DNA of 63,971 nt, filler included, from Octopus bimaculoides (taxonomy: Eukaryota), in the NCBI RefSeq assembly GCF_001194135.2. It is 3 parts of 3 records of this genome, joined end to end, with 100 filler letters (N's around TTAATTAATTAA, not from the genome) between each part and the next. Parts side by side here need not be neighbours in the genome. Positions count along the whole stretch, not along the records: positions 19,052 to 50,392 come from NC_069004.1; 2 more parts are not named here. One strand, written 5' to 3'. Of this stretch, positions 23,150 to 37,289 are shown piece after piece (within the stretch, counting starts at the first letter, position 1; each line of letters opens with the position of its first letter). Made by a program: the position numbers and the translations under genes. The notes below the pieces were generated by a model. The model searched no databases and was not told the origin of the DNA. It saw nothing but the letters and a program-made list of their open reading frames with translations.

Positions 23150-23665
23150 CTGGCATTGTTTTGGCAGAATCGTCAGCATGCTGGACAAAAGGCTTAGAGG
23201 CATTTCGACCGCCTTTACGTTTTGAGTTCAAATTCCACCGAGGCGGACTTTCCCTTTCATTCTTTCGGATTCGATAAAATAAGTACCAGTTGAGTACTGG
23301 AGTCGATGTAATCGACTTATCCTCCTCCTCCCCCACACCACCACCACAAGTAATTGCTGACCTTGTACCAAAATTTGAAATCATTATCATTAGTAGTAGT
23401 AGTAGTACCACCACCAACACCAGTAGTAGTAACAGTAGTAGCAGCAGCAACAGTAGTAGTAGTAGTAGTAGGAGGAGGAGGACTTGCAGTTGTGATGGGA
23501 AGAAACAAGTCGATTACATCGATCCCATCGCAAAAGGAAGAGGAAGCAAAGGCAAAGTCGAAGTTGACGCTGGCAGGATTTGAACTCAGAACGTAAAGAG
23601 CCAGAAGAAATAAAAACAGGATATTTTGTCCGTCACTCTAACGATTCTGCCAAATCCCAGCCCCA
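23150..23665. mobile_element. Tail-to-tail inverted pair of SINE family C (23150-23380 +, 23490-23665 -) around an (AGT)n tract
   Basis: GGCAGAATCGT at 23162 and its complement ACGATTCTGCC at 23641. Confidence 0.75.
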
Positions 23666-23684
23666 ACAAACTGGACAGCGCTGT

Positions 23685-25300
<1,616 letters not shown>

Positions 25301-25564
25301 TTGTTACAGTCCAAAGATGTCGTCTGCCTCCTTCATAGTCAGACTGTTGTTGATCGTCAGGCAAGACATTCTGTTTGATGTCGGCCCTCAACTTTTTTTT
25401 TTGTTTGTAGTCTTTTATATTCTTCTATTGATACCGACTTATTGTTGCTATAGTAACCGTGTCTAAATACCATTCTTAAAAACAAAAACAAAAATATATA
25501 TTTTAGTGAATTTTGTTATTCTTTTATCTTTTGGATTTGTTTGTGTATTGTTTTTTGGTTTTAG

Positions 25565-26063
25565 ATGTGTGTGTGTGTGTGTGTGTGCGTGTATTTGTGT
25601 TTATGTGCGTGCGTGTGGATGTGTGTGTGCGTGTGGATGTGTGTGTGCGTGTGTATATTTGTCTGTGTGCGTTGTTGTGTGTGTGTGTGTCTGTGTGTGT
25701 GTGTGTGTGTGTGTGTCTGCGTATATATATGTGTGTGTAACTGTGCATGTGTATATATCTGCATTTATGTGTGCGTGTAATATGTCCATCTGCGCGTGTA
25801 TGTACAGTAATATGCGTGCATGAGTGGAGATGTGTGTGAATGCATAAATATATATATAAGTGAATGCACATATATGTATGTGAGTGTGTCTGTATGCTTT
25901 TTATATCTACTTGTACGATTGTGTATGTTTATGCATGAGTGCGTGCACTGTGTTTGTGTGTATGTGAATGTATATAAGTACGCATGTGCGTATGTAGATA
26001 AGTGAAGGTGCGTACGTGTTTGTGTGTGTGAATTTGTGTAGATGTGCATGGTTTGTGGAGATA

Positions 26064-26113
<50 letters not shown>

Positions 26114-26190
26114 GACACATTTATCCACATTTATCAAATGTGTCTGTATATACATGTTTCTGAGTATGTGTGTGTCTGTGTGTTGTGTAT
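25565..26190. repeat. Degenerate (TG)/(TA) microsatellite field
   Basis: Direct reading. Confidence 0.9.
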
Positions 26191-26214
26191 TTATGTATTT
26201 CATTAGGTGCACGA

Positions 26215-26625
26215 TGTGTCAGTCCCAAATGTGCCACTAAATCTGCAATGTGCCCTCTTAATTTCATAATGTTCCACTCAATCCCACAAAATTCCACTCA
26301 GTACCACTTATTCCCACAATGCGCTACTCACTCCTATAAAGTTCCATTCAGTCTCACTAAGTTCCACTCAGTCCCAAAATGTTCCACTCGGTAACACAGT
26401 CTTCCACTCAGTCGCAGAAAATTCCACTCAATCTCGGAAAGTTCCACTCACTTCCACAATGTTCTACTTCAACCCCATAATATTCTACTCAGACCCACAA
26501 TATTCCACTCGATCTCACAATGTTCCACTCAATCCACTAAGTCTCACTTAACTCCTTAATATCCTACTAAATGTCCACTTAACACCACCAGATGTCACTG
26601 AGTTTCACAAAGTCCCGCTTAAGTC
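26215..26625. repeat. Degenerate ~20-bp minisatellite (consensus about GTTCCACTCAGTCCCACAAT)
   Basis: TTCCACTCA core recurs every ~20 bp, roughly 18-20 units. Confidence 0.8.
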
Positions 26626-26954
26626 GTCGATATCCCGCTAAGCTCTTCTCTGCATACAACAACCAAATGAGATCAGAATTACAGATGATTGCCGACATTG
26701 TAAATAATAACCGTAAATAAACAGACTTATCAATGATGGCACAGGATTAGGCGGTCTGATTATATTAGAATATCGCTTAGATTACTGGATCGTATTTGTC
26801 AACATTATCAGAAATGCCTGACGGATATATGAGCATCTGACCTGGATTAATATGCGTATATGACAGCCTTGATATAATTATTGCTTGTATGTATGGAAGC
26901 ATTGACTGACAGAAAGAATTATTATGTGCGTATAAATAAAAAAGGTAAAGACCC

Positions 26955-27212
26955 ATTTAGGTCTTGGAAAGTTCCCCTCCGAGGCACAAGTCCGGACAAG
27001 GTTGTTTTATGGAAGACCAGCAGTCGTCCACGCATACTAGTCTCCCGTCTCCATGCCACCGATGTTATCCAAGGGAAAGGCAAAGGGGCCGATACAGCTT
27101 GGCACCAGAGACATCGCAACTCATTTCTATAACTGAGTGATCCGGGAATCGAACTCACTACCTTTGGATTGTGAGCCCGATGCTCTAACCATTGAGCTAT
27201 GCACCTTCATGT
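26955..27212 (-). mobile_element. tRNA-derived SINE with a third tail type
   Basis: Head GGGAATCGAACTC...CTAACCA on +; tail GGAAAGTTCCCCTCCGAG differs from the family B tail. Confidence 0.6.
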
Positions 27213-27224
27213 GTGCATTATGGC

Positions 27225-27720
27225 AGTTTTAAAAGGCCGCGTGCCAGTAGAATCGTTGACACATCGGGAAAATGGTTAGTCCACGTCACTCCGTATGGAT
27301 GTTAGTCCTGAGTTTAATCCCTTCGAGGTCAACTTTGGCTTTCGACCCTTTGGGGGGGGGGGTGATAAATAAAGTACCAGTCAAGTACCAGCAGGGCCGG
27401 ATTAAGGCCCGTAGAAGACCTAAGCACTTAAAAGATTTTGGTTCCCCCACATGTATATAATTCAGATACAATAATAAACCATAAAATTAATTTTCGTTTT
27501 TTCAAAATTGAAGGTGGTGAGCTAGCAGAAACGTTAGCACGCCGGGCGAAATGTTTAGCGGTATTTCGTCTACCGTTACGTTATGAGTTCAAATTCCGCC
27601 GAGGTCGACTTTGCCTATCATTCTTTTGGGGTCGATTAAATAAGTACCAGTTACGCACTGGCGTCGATCTAATCGACTGGTTCCCTCCCCATAAATTTCG
27701 GGGCTTGTGCCTAGAGTAGA
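27225..27720 (+). mobile_element. Two SINE family C copies (27225-27390, 27510-27720)
   Basis: Consensus motifs present. Confidence 0.75.
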
Positions 27721-27855
27721 AAAAAATTTAACAAAACTAATAGTAAGATAATGTTTATTTTTGTATTCTTCCACTTTATTTATATTTGAAAAGTTTTCTC
27801 CTCCCTTATTTTTATTGCAGTCTTTGATCAGATCCTCACAATGACACCATGAACA

Positions 27856-28190
27856 CTTCGAGATTATATTTCCCATCATATAAACCGCTTCGAGATTATA
27901 TTTCCCATCATATAAACCGCTTCGAGATTATATTTCCCATCATATAAACCGCTTCGAGATTATATTTCCCATCATATAAACCGCTTCGAGATTATATTTC
28001 CCNNNNNNNNNNNNNNNNNNNNNNNNNNNNNNNNNNNNNNNNNNNNNNNNNNNNNNNACTTCGAGATTATATTTCCCATCATATAAACCGCTTCGAGATT
28101 ATATTTCCCATCATATAAACCGCTTCGAGATTATATTTCCCATCATATAAACCGCTTCGAGATTATATATCCGATCATATAAACCACTTC
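27856..28190. repeat. 32-bp minisatellite CTTCGAGATTATATTTCCCATCATATAAACCG
   Basis: About 4.5 identical units, an N gap, then about 3.5 more. Confidence 0.95.
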
Positions 28191-29294
28191 GAATATTGTT
28201 TTAGCAAGCTTACCATTTCTGTGGGGTTCCCCCCCCCCACCATCACCACCACCACCACCACCACTTTTTTGGGTGCTCCAAACACTTGTTTAATTTGCTT
28301 AATGACTAATTCAGTGCTGAGTAATGAGGTTTCTTCCCTTCAAAATTGTTAACTTTGAACTTGGCAACGGGCCGGCATCCGTTCAAACCGGATAACTGGC
28401 TCTACGAGACCCCAGGCTCAAGAATTNNNNNNNNNNNNNNNNNNNNNNNNNNNNNNNNNNNNNNNNNNNNNNNNNNNNNNNNNNNNNNNNNNNNNNNNNN
28501 NNNNNNNNNNNNNNNNNNNNNNNNNNNNNNNNNNNNNNNNNNNNNNNNNNNNNNNNNNNNNNNNNNNNNNNNNNNNNNNNNNNNNNNNNNNNNNNNNNNN
28601 NNNNNNNNNNNNNNNNNNNNNNNNNNNNNNNNNNNNNNNNNNNNNNNNNNNNNNNNNNNNNNNNNNNNNNNNNNNNNNNNNNNNNNNNNNNNNNNNNNNN
28701 NNNNNNNNNNNNNNNNNNNNNNNNNNNNNNNNNNNNNNNNNNNNNNNNNNNNNNNNNNNNNNNNNNNNNNNNNNNNNNNNNNNNNNNNNNNNNNNNNNNN
28801 NNNNNNNNNNNNNNNNNNNNNNNNNNNNNNNNNNNNNNNNNNNNNNNNNNNNNNNNNNNNNNNNNNNNNNNNNNNNNNNNNNNNNNNNNNNNNNNNNNNN
28901 NNNNNNNNNNNNNNNNNNNNNNNNNNNNNNNNNNNNNNNNNNNNNNNNNNNNNNNNNNNNNNNNNNNNNNNNNNNNNNNNNNNNNNNNNNNNNNNNNNNN
29001 NNNNNNNNNNNNNNNNNNNNNNNNNNNNNNNNNNNNNNNNNNNNNNNNNNNNNNNNNNNNNNNNNNNNNNNNNNNNNNNNNNNNNNNNNCCTCAAGCCCC
29101 CTAAACTTCAAAAATAGAGGACTTTTGTGAATTTTTTTACAATAGCAGAGTTTAGGGGGGTTCGAGGGAGTAAATGCCCTTGACTGATCTAAGCAAAAAT
29201 TTAGCATTTTTTTAGTAATAATATATGGCAAGGTTTTAGGCCTCAGGCATTTTCAATTTCTACAATCTTTTTTTTAATTTTCACTCCACCCTAC

Positions 29295-29460
29295 TGGGTA
29301 CTCCGTCGATAATGACGACGACGTGTTCCAGTTGAGTCGACCAACGGAACAGTTGGCTCGTGACATTAACGTGTAAATCGCTTAGCATTCCACAGACATG
29401 CGTGCCCTTAATTTAGGTTTCAGGGACTTTCAGTGTGACACAGAATACGACAAGGCTGGC
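29295..29460 (-). mobile_element. SINE family B 3' portion, diverged
   Basis: CTCCGTCG...GACGACG...GCTCGTGACATTAACGTG...GTGTGACACAG...AAGGCTGGCCC. Confidence 0.6.
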
Positions 29461-30572
29461 CCATTGACTGACAGAATCGTTAAACCATCGAACAAGAAAG
29501 CGTTGCAGTGATTATTCTGTATTTTGACTCTTTGCGTTGTGAGTTCAGATCCCGCTGAAGTCATCGTTGCTTTTCATTCCGGGAGTCGATCATTAAAGTC
29601 CCAGTTAAAGGTGGTGATCTGACAAATTCGTCAGTGAGTCGAACAAAACGCATTTGCGGTTTCTATTCTGTCTCATTGCATTGTAGGTTCAAATCCCAGC
29701 GAGGTCAACTTTGTCGTTTATTCTTCTGGCGTTCCATTCAAGGGGATTGTTGTGACTTTAGTCACTTGTATCCATGGCAACCGGTTAACTGGCCCTATCA
29801 GTCCGAAGACTCGAGTCAGTACTTACTATAGTACCGATGCAACAGATTTATGATCGTAGACGTTCCAACCGTAACAATCTCGTCTCTTTATTCAGACACT
29901 GTATATCTAGGACTACATCATCTAGTGTGCCATTCATTGTTATTGATGTTGTTCTTTAATTCCACCTCAGACCTGACATTTGAGTAAAATAAAAATACAA
30001 AGACGTTCCACCCATGACCAGAGCTTTCCTTGTTGGTTCATAATAAAACATTCATATTCAACGGCTTTATCTAAAACATCATTTATCCAACATGTTCTTT
30101 GCTTTTTTGAAGACAATACGGCGTTGAGAGAGAGATTAGGCTGCTATTTTTAGCAAGTCGATCGACCACACAAATGTTTCCTCGCTGGTTCATGACAGAA
30201 CACTTATTTACCGGAAGTTTGAAAGTTCTGCCACGGAAGACAAGGATAGATTTACAAGTATCTTTTGATAGGGTTTACCGAACGTGTCATAGCCTTTCCT
30301 AAAGTTATGAACGAAGAAGACATGTCAAAATGTCAGTTTAGCAGAATACCAGATTATCAGAATTTACAGAATGTCGTCGATTCTCCACTTGTATGAAGTA
30401 GCATGATAGGCTTCGCAGCATGTTAATTATTCTTGTTATAGTTATATACGTTGGAGGGATGATAGAATATATATATTAGCATGGCGAAGTGTGATGGCTA
30501 TAGGGCCATTCTCAGAAAGAGCAACCCTTTAGCATTCATTCATATTATTCTGTCAAACGTAACGCTTATTTA

Positions 30573-30705
30573 TTACCTCCGCCTTCGCTCAGGCGAAGTT
30601 AATGGTTTCAGTCGCGTTTGTTTGTTTGTCTGTCTGTGGACAAGATATCTCAGGAACCGCTGGATGGATTCGGACGAAACTTTCAGGGATGTTTGGCCTC
30701 GTGAC
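30573..30705 (+). mobile_element. Helentron-associated (HINE/DINE-like) element, 5' part
   Basis: TTACCTCCGCC 5' end, (GTTT)(GTCT) run; same family as 37806-38153. Confidence 0.55.
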
Positions 30706-30824
30706 NNNNNNNNNNNNNNNNNNNNNNNNNNNNNNNNNNNNNNNNNNNNNNNNNNNNNNNNNNNNNNNNNNNNNNNNNNNNNNNNNNNNNNNNNNNNNNN
30801 NNNNNGTGTCTGTCTGTCTGTCTT

Positions 30825-31040
30825 TGTCCCACCCTCATCACCATTGCTTGACAACCGATGTTGGTGTGTTTATGTCTCCGTACACTAGCGGTTCATCAAA
30901 AGGAACCGACAGAATAAGTACTAAGATTACAAAGAATAAGTCCTGAGTTCGATTTCTTCGACTAAAACCCTTTAAGACGGTGCTCCAGCATGGCCGCAGT
31001 CAAATGACTGAAACGTGTAAAAGAATAAAAGAGTAAAAGT
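30825..31040 (+). mobile_element. SINE family A, 3' half
   Basis: GCTTGACAACCGATG...AGAATAAGTAC...CAGCATGGCCGCAGTC. Confidence 0.8.
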
Positions 31041-31084
31041 ACACGTGTGTGAGTAGATAGATAGATAGATAGATGTACATACAA

Positions 31085-31385
31085 GAACTTTTGAAATTTA
31101 TGAGATCTTTAGAACCTCTTATGTATCTTGGCATGATGTTAAAGAGATCGAGAGCAGTTGAGATGAAATAGTTCTGATATACTGTTGTGATGAGACGCAA
31201 GTATAATTTCAAGATATTCAAACGAGTGAAGGCAGAAAAGAAATAAAATGGTAAGAGCGATTCTAGACCAAAAAGTCCTGGGGATCTAAGAGCATGCCCT
31301 GCAGGCCATGTCGACTTTGTTGTTAATGTGGACATTCCAGCTTCAGTTGCTGTCCACGGTTACTCCGAAGTGCGGAACAGTTTTT
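31085..31385 (-). pseudogene. CR1-like LINE fragment, post-RT region and C-terminus
   Basis: GVTVDSN*SWNVHINNKVDMACRACS*IPRTF...LFNIMPRYIRGSKDLINFKS. Confidence 0.7.
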
Positions 31386-31483
31386 AATGCCACGAGGTTT
31401 TCGCCCCAGGGAAGACTGTATGATAGCTTAAGTGCTGCCTCTCTACCAAAATAGATCCATTCGAATTTATTCTCGTTTAGCAG

Positions 31484-32516
31484 CGTATTGTGTTTTCCCG
31501 TTACCCGATTTTTCGTCCGATGTCACTTTGTCCAACGTTATTTCGTCCGATGTCACTTTGTCCAACGTTATTTCGTCCACGTCTCTCGGTCTGACGTCTT
31601 TTTGTTCAACGACATTTTGTCCAATTTCAAATAAACTCTTTAGAAAACAAGGCGAACATCAAAATCAAATAATCATTGAGGATTTTATTGATAGGATTCA
31701 AGTAAAATACTGTGGAAAAATGTATTTTTAAAAAATAATTCTAAAAAAAGGAATAAGATATAACTAATGATTTATGACCACTAAAAATTGATACAAATTA
31801 TATGCCACACTCTTCAAAAAATCAATTTTTCTTGTTGACCCATATTCAATGACCAATCTTTTGAGACGTTCAGTTATTCTTCGATATCGTGTACATGAAT
31901 TTGACGGATCTCCTCGAAGAATTTGAATCATTTTACCTTCAACGAACTCCTCCTCTTTCTTCAGAGCTTTTCTAGCATTTAACGAATCTACATCAGCTGG
32001 ATAAAGGTGCTCACTAGAAAAATATATAATATTCGGCTCATTGTTTTCCGTTACCGTGTGAATTCGCACCGAACATAGCCTTCTTTTCTCACGTCTCTAG
32101 TATTCTTTTTCTAGTTTTGTATTGCTTGAATGAAAATCGTAGATGTAATTACTTTCAACTACTTTTCCCTTGTTTTTGGTCGATACTATGAACTTTATCA
32201 TTTCGGGATGGGTAAATTATAAATCTGTACACTAAATTTGCAGCACCCTCTATACACAGCACCGTGCTTCAGAGAGAGAAGGAAAATGAGAACGGAAAGC
32301 TGTTAACAAAGAAGGGAAAAGAACGATAATATCACTCCTATAACGAGGCTCGTTATAGTTCTGTGAATATATTATTAGAGATATTTCACCTTATTTTCTA
32401 AAGAGTTCATTTAAAATTGGACAAAATGTCGTTGAACAAAAAAAATCATCGGACAAAAAGACGCAGGACGAAAAGACGTTTGGACGAAGTGACGTTGGAT
32501 GAAAAGACACAGCACC
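31484..32516 (-). mobile_element. Non-autonomous MULE-like DNA transposon with long repetitive TIRs
   Basis: Inverted arms TTTTTGTTCAACGACATTTTGTCCAATTT..CTCTTTAGAAAA (~31600-31650) and TTTTCTAAAGAG..AATTGGACAAAATGTCGTTGAACAAAAA (~32395-32445); 30-bp subterminal duplicate; internal ALKKEE...RYRRITERLKRLV..Y...IDFLKSVAYNL resembles a MULE transposase C-terminus. Confidence 0.65.
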
Positions 32517-32544
32517 GCGTTTTCCGTCCATCGGATAACAGCGA

Positions 32545-32985
32545 GCAGATTTGATTAGAGATTAGTCTGATCTTCTGCCCGTTCGACGACCTTCAGAAGC
32601 TTAGAGTCATCCGCAAAAGTTCTAATGTTGCTGAGTTTGATGATGTCAAGGATGTCATTGATGTAAATAATGAAAAAGAGGGGGTCCAATACAGTACCTT
32701 GTAGGACTCCACTGATGACTCTTGCTGGGCTTGATTGAACACAAGCTATCACCACGTGTTGAGTTCTGTTCGCCAGAAAATATTCAATCCACTTTAATAG
32801 TTTCCCTTGGACTCCAGTTCTGGATCGTCTCTTTAACAGGATGTTGTTGTCAACCTTGTCAAAGGCCTTGCTGAAGTCAAGGCAGATGACATTTGCATTG
32901 GAGCTCCCTTCCAGAGTCTTGAGGATGTCATCAAAGAGATAAAGAGTTGGGTTAGGCAGTCCTTGCCATAGCGGAAACCATGCTG
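32545..32985 (-). pseudogene. CR1-like LINE RT core
   Basis: LDFSKAFDKVD, SGVLQGTVLDPLFFIIYINDI, FADD. Confidence 0.9.
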
Positions 32986-33029
32986 GTTTAAAATAATTCT
33001 ATTATATTTTTATGCTTAAATATTGCTTT

Positions 33030-33500
33030 CAAATTTCTGGCACAAGGTCAGGAAGCTCGGGAGATGGGGGCTAGGTCGATTAAATCTCCACTCCACCCCG
33101 GCGGCATTTGAACCTAGAACGTGAAGACGGACGAAATGCCGCAAAGCATTTTGCCCGGAGTGCTAACGGTTCTGCCAGCCCGTTGCCTTCTTTTATAATT
33201 AAATATTATTGGTTTCAAGTTTTGAAATAAGGCCAGCCACTTTCTTTTCTTTTTTTGTGGTCGGGAGGTGGCTAAGTCGATTAGATTAACCCCAGGATTC
33301 ACCTGGTACTTAATTTATCGACCCCGAAAGGATAAAAGGCAAAGTCGACCCCAGTGTTTCACTGATGCTTACTTTATCGACCCCGAAAGGATAAAAGGTA
33401 AAGTCGACATCAGCAGAATTTGAACCTAGAACGTGAAGACAGACGGAATGTCGCTAAGCATTTTGCCCGGAGTGCTAACGGTTCTGCCAGCCCGCTGCCT
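33030..33500 (-). mobile_element. Cluster of partial and tandem SINE family C copies
   Basis: TTTTGCCCGGAGTGCTAACGGTTCTGCCAGCCCG twice; ATCGACCCCGAAAGGATAAAAGG twice. Confidence 0.8.
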
Positions 33501-33805
33501 TCTTTTATAATCAAATATTATTAAGAATTATATTTTTTAAAATTGTTAAAATGTTTCGTGTATAATTGAAGTATAACCAATTTATTGCTCATAAATTTAT
33601 CAGCAAAATCTTGTATGGGCCCTTAAGGGTCCTGTAGATCCTTAAGGGTCATAAGGTCCTTGGTTAAGAACCAATGGTTTAAATAATTTTTACGCCTTTT
33701 CCTTTGAAGACTGGCGAGTGACAACTCTGTGATTTATCATCCGCTCAAACACTTCACATTTTACTCCATATTTTTCATGGTTTCACTGCGCCCTCCTCAC
33801 CTTCC

Positions 33806-33809
<4 letters not shown>

Positions 33810-33854
<45 letters not shown>

Positions 33855-33863
33855 CCTCTCACA

Positions 33864-33895
<32 letters not shown>

Positions 33896-34510
33896 ATTCC
33901 TGCAGCTGTCACATCCTGGACATGCCGTTTCGGTCAGAAGGATGGCAGAGTCGAGAGATTGGTGTCCTATAAGTACTCGCGATTGCACAGACACAGAAAA
34001 TGATTAACGAGAAAGTATTGCTTGATAAAACGATTGCCAAGCAATACTCGCTCCCAAGTGACGGCTGCTGACTTCTGCTGCCGTCACAGTTATTACCGCT
34101 ACCTCTGCTACTACATGCATTATTGTTGCCGTCATTCTTCTTCTTCTTCTTCTTCTGCTTCGTATTATTATTATTCTTTTTCTTTCTCTTCTTCTTCTTC
34201 TTCATCATCATCATCTATTTCTTCCTTCTGTTATTCTTCTTCCTTTTCTTCCCCTCATTCTTCTTTTTCTTCCTTTTCTTCTTCTTCTTCTTCTTCTTCT
34301 TCTTCTTCTTCTTCTTCTTCTTCTACTTCTCCTTCACCAACATCATCATCATCACCATCATCACCACCACCACTACCATCATCATTTTCATCTACTTTTT
34401 TTTCTTTCTCGTTCTACTTCCTTTTGCTATTCGCTTTCTTCTCCCCCCCCCTTATCTTTCTTTTTCTTCTCCTTCTACTTCTTCTTCTTCATCATCATCA
34501 CCACCACCAC
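33810..34510. repeat. (TC)n(CA)n then compound (TTC)/(ATC)/(ACC) repeats
   Basis: Direct reading. Confidence 0.9.
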
Positions 34511-35366
34511 NNNNNNNNNNNNNNNNNNNNNNNNNNNNNNNNNNNNNNNNNNNNNNNNNNNNNNNNNNNNNNNNNNNNNNNNNNNNNNNNNNNNNNNNNN
34601 NNNNNNNNNNNNNNNNNNNNNNNNNNNNNNNNNNNNNNNNNNNNNNNNNNNNNNNNNNNNNNNNNNNNNNNNNNNNNNNNNNNNNNNNNNNNNNNNNNNN
34701 NNNNNNNNNNNNNNNNNNNNNNNNNNNNNNNNNNNNNNNNNNNNNNNNNNNNNNNNNNNNNNNNNNNNNNNNNNNNNNNNNNNNNNNNNNNNNNNNNNNN
34801 NNNNNNNNNNNNNNNNNNNNNNNNNNNNNNNNNNNNNNNNNNNNNNNNNNNNNNNNNNNNNNNNNNNNNNNNNNNNNNNNNNNNNNNNNNNNNNNNNNNN
34901 NNNNNNNNNNNNNNNNNNNNNNNNNNNNNNNNNNNNNNNNNNNNNNNNNNNNNNNNNNNNNNNNNNNNNNNNNNNNNNNNNNNNNNNNNNNNNNNNNNNN
35001 NNNNNNNNNNNNNNNNNNNNNNNNNNNNNNNNNNNNNNNNNNNNNNNNNNNNNNNNNNNNNNNNNNNNNNNNNNNNNNNNNNNNNNNNNNNNNNNNNNNN
35101 NNNNNNNNNNNNNNNNNNNNNNNNNNNNNNNNNNNNNNNNNNNNNNNNNNNNNNNNNNNNNNNNNNNNNNNNNNNNNNNNNNNNNNNNNNNNNNNNNNNN
35201 NNNNNNNNNNNNNNNNNNNNNNNNNNNNNNNNNNNNNNNNNNNNNNNNNNNNNNNNNNNNNNNNNNNNNNNNNNNNNNNNNNNNNNNNNNNNNNNNNNNN
35301 NNNNNNNNNNNNNNNNNNNNNNNNNNNNNNNNNNNNNNNNNNNNNNNNNNNNNNNNNNNNNNNNNN

Positions 35367-35416
<50 letters not shown>

Positions 35417-35699
35417 TACATACATGCATATATATATATACATACATATATATATGTGTGTATATATATATATTTGTGTGTGTGTGTATATACGTATATA
35501 TACAGACACACACTTATATATACTCATGTATATATATCATTATACACGCACAAACATATATATGTACATTATATTTATACACACAGACACACACGTGTGT
35601 GCGTGTGAATGTGTGCGCGTGTGTTTGTGTGTGTGCATGTGTGCGTGTGTGTGTGTGTTTGTGTGTGTGTGTACGTGTGTGTGTGCATTTCATCATGTG

Positions 35700-35870
35700 G
35701 TAACCGTCTAATTGAGTTACGTTTGTTCTTTTCTTTCTCCATTTTGTTTTTCTCTCCTCGTCTATTCTTTCTGTAAAAGAGCGTATGCTCGAAACGTAAA
35801 AGATTTCTAATTTTTCCTGAACGTAAATCTAATATACTCTGTTTATCTGTTGTTTTACATCGTCTGCGTT
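35700..35870 (+). mobile_element. Short pLTR-like remnant with a degenerate minimal hammerhead (35766-35803)
   Basis: TCTTT-CTGTAAAA-GAGC-gtat-GCTC-GAAAC-GT-A-AAAGA: helices I, II and III intact, core mutated. Confidence 0.5.
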
Positions 35871-36292
35871 TTTTTATTTTGTTTTTGCACTACATATATG
35901 TATGTGTGTCTGTATATATGTATGTGTATGTGTATATATANNNNNNNNNNNNNNNNNNNNNNNNNNNNNNNNNNNNNNNNNNNNNNNNNNNNNNNNNNNN
36001 NNNNNNNNNNNNNNNNNNNNNNNNNNNNNNNNNNNNNNNNNNNNNNNNNNNNNNNNNNNNNNNNNNNNNNNNNNNNNNNNNNNNNNNNNNNNNNNNNNNN
36101 NNNNNNNNNNNNNNNNNNNNNNNNNNNNNNNNNNNNNNNNNNNNNNNNNNNNNNNNNNNNNNNNNNNNNNNNNNNNNNNNNNNNNNNNNNNNNNNNNNNN
36201 NNNNNNNNNNNNNNNNNNNNTATATGCACACACATATATATTTTTGAACATACACACACACACGTACATATATATGTTCAAATATATATATA

Positions 36293-36325
<33 letters not shown>

Positions 36326-36384
36326 GCACCACACACATATATTTTTGAACATATGTATGTACGTGTGTGAGTGTGTAGGTGTAG

Positions 36385-36540
36385 GTGTGGCCGTGTAGTG
36401 AGAAGCTGGCTTCCTAATCACATGGTTTCGGGTTCAGTCCCACTGCGTGGCACCTTGGGCAAGTGTCTTCATGTATAGTCTCCGGCCGACCAAAGCCTTG
36501 TGAATGGATTTTGTGGACAGAAACTGAGAGAAGCCTGCCG
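36385..36540 (+). mobile_element. SINE family A, 5' half
   Basis: Matches 503-660. Confidence 0.8.
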
Positions 36541-36584
36541 TGTGTGTGTGTGTGTGTGTGTATGTATATATGTATGTATATATT

Positions 36585-37110
36585 TAGGGTACGATGGGTA
36601 AATTGTTGCTAGTTTATATTTTTAATTTCGCACATGCGCATTGTTTGTTTTTGATTTTGTCGACTACACAGAATAGTGTGGTCAGTTGGGTACCGTCTGT
36701 GAGAAAAACAGCACCATGACGCAATTCACTCTGCTAGAAATTTGGAAACGACATACTGTACTGCTTAGCATTCGCGCCGGAAGCTCCGATGCGAACAGAT
36801 GGTGAACACACAGAACAGCCATCGGTTTGCCGTGTCCCCAAAACATGTACCGAGAGTGATAAAAATTAAATATTCAGACATCATGGTGTTTGGAGTGATC
36901 ACAAGTGATGGCGACGTTATGCCACCATTCATCTTCCCACACGACCTCAGACTCAACACGGAGGCCTACATCAAGTGCCTGGTGGAGGTAACGGTGCCCT
37001 GGGTCAAGAGGGTGGCTGTTGAAAGACCCTATGTCCAGCAGCAGGACTCTGCACCCTGCCACACAAGCAGGAGAACCCAGTCAAAGCTGTCGGACAATTT
37101 CTGCTACATG
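36585..37110 (+). pseudogene. Tc1/mariner-superfamily (maT-like) transposase fragment with left end; internally deleted and 3'-truncated
   Basis: MVFGVITSDGDVMPPFIF...YVQQQDSAPCHTSRRTQ (second catalytic D); starts at TA 36585. Confidence 0.8.
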
Positions 37111-37289
37111 AGATATCCGAATAAAATTCCTTCTTCAGATATTCTTATGCGTATATATATATATATATATATATAATGGTGTGTTGTTTGTATGCAGTAT
37201 TGTTTATTTTTGGTTATATTTTTTTATTTCAAAGTATTTCAAATTCATTTTAGTTGAAAGGGGAGGTAGGAGTAGCGTAAATAAAGACG

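Noticed and set aside
27856-28190. 32-bp repeats as a CRISPR array
   Set aside because: Head-to-tail units without spacers, in eukaryotic context.
37110-37145. Minus-strand CTGAAGAAGGAAT motif
   Set aside because: No GAAA and no helix I complement.
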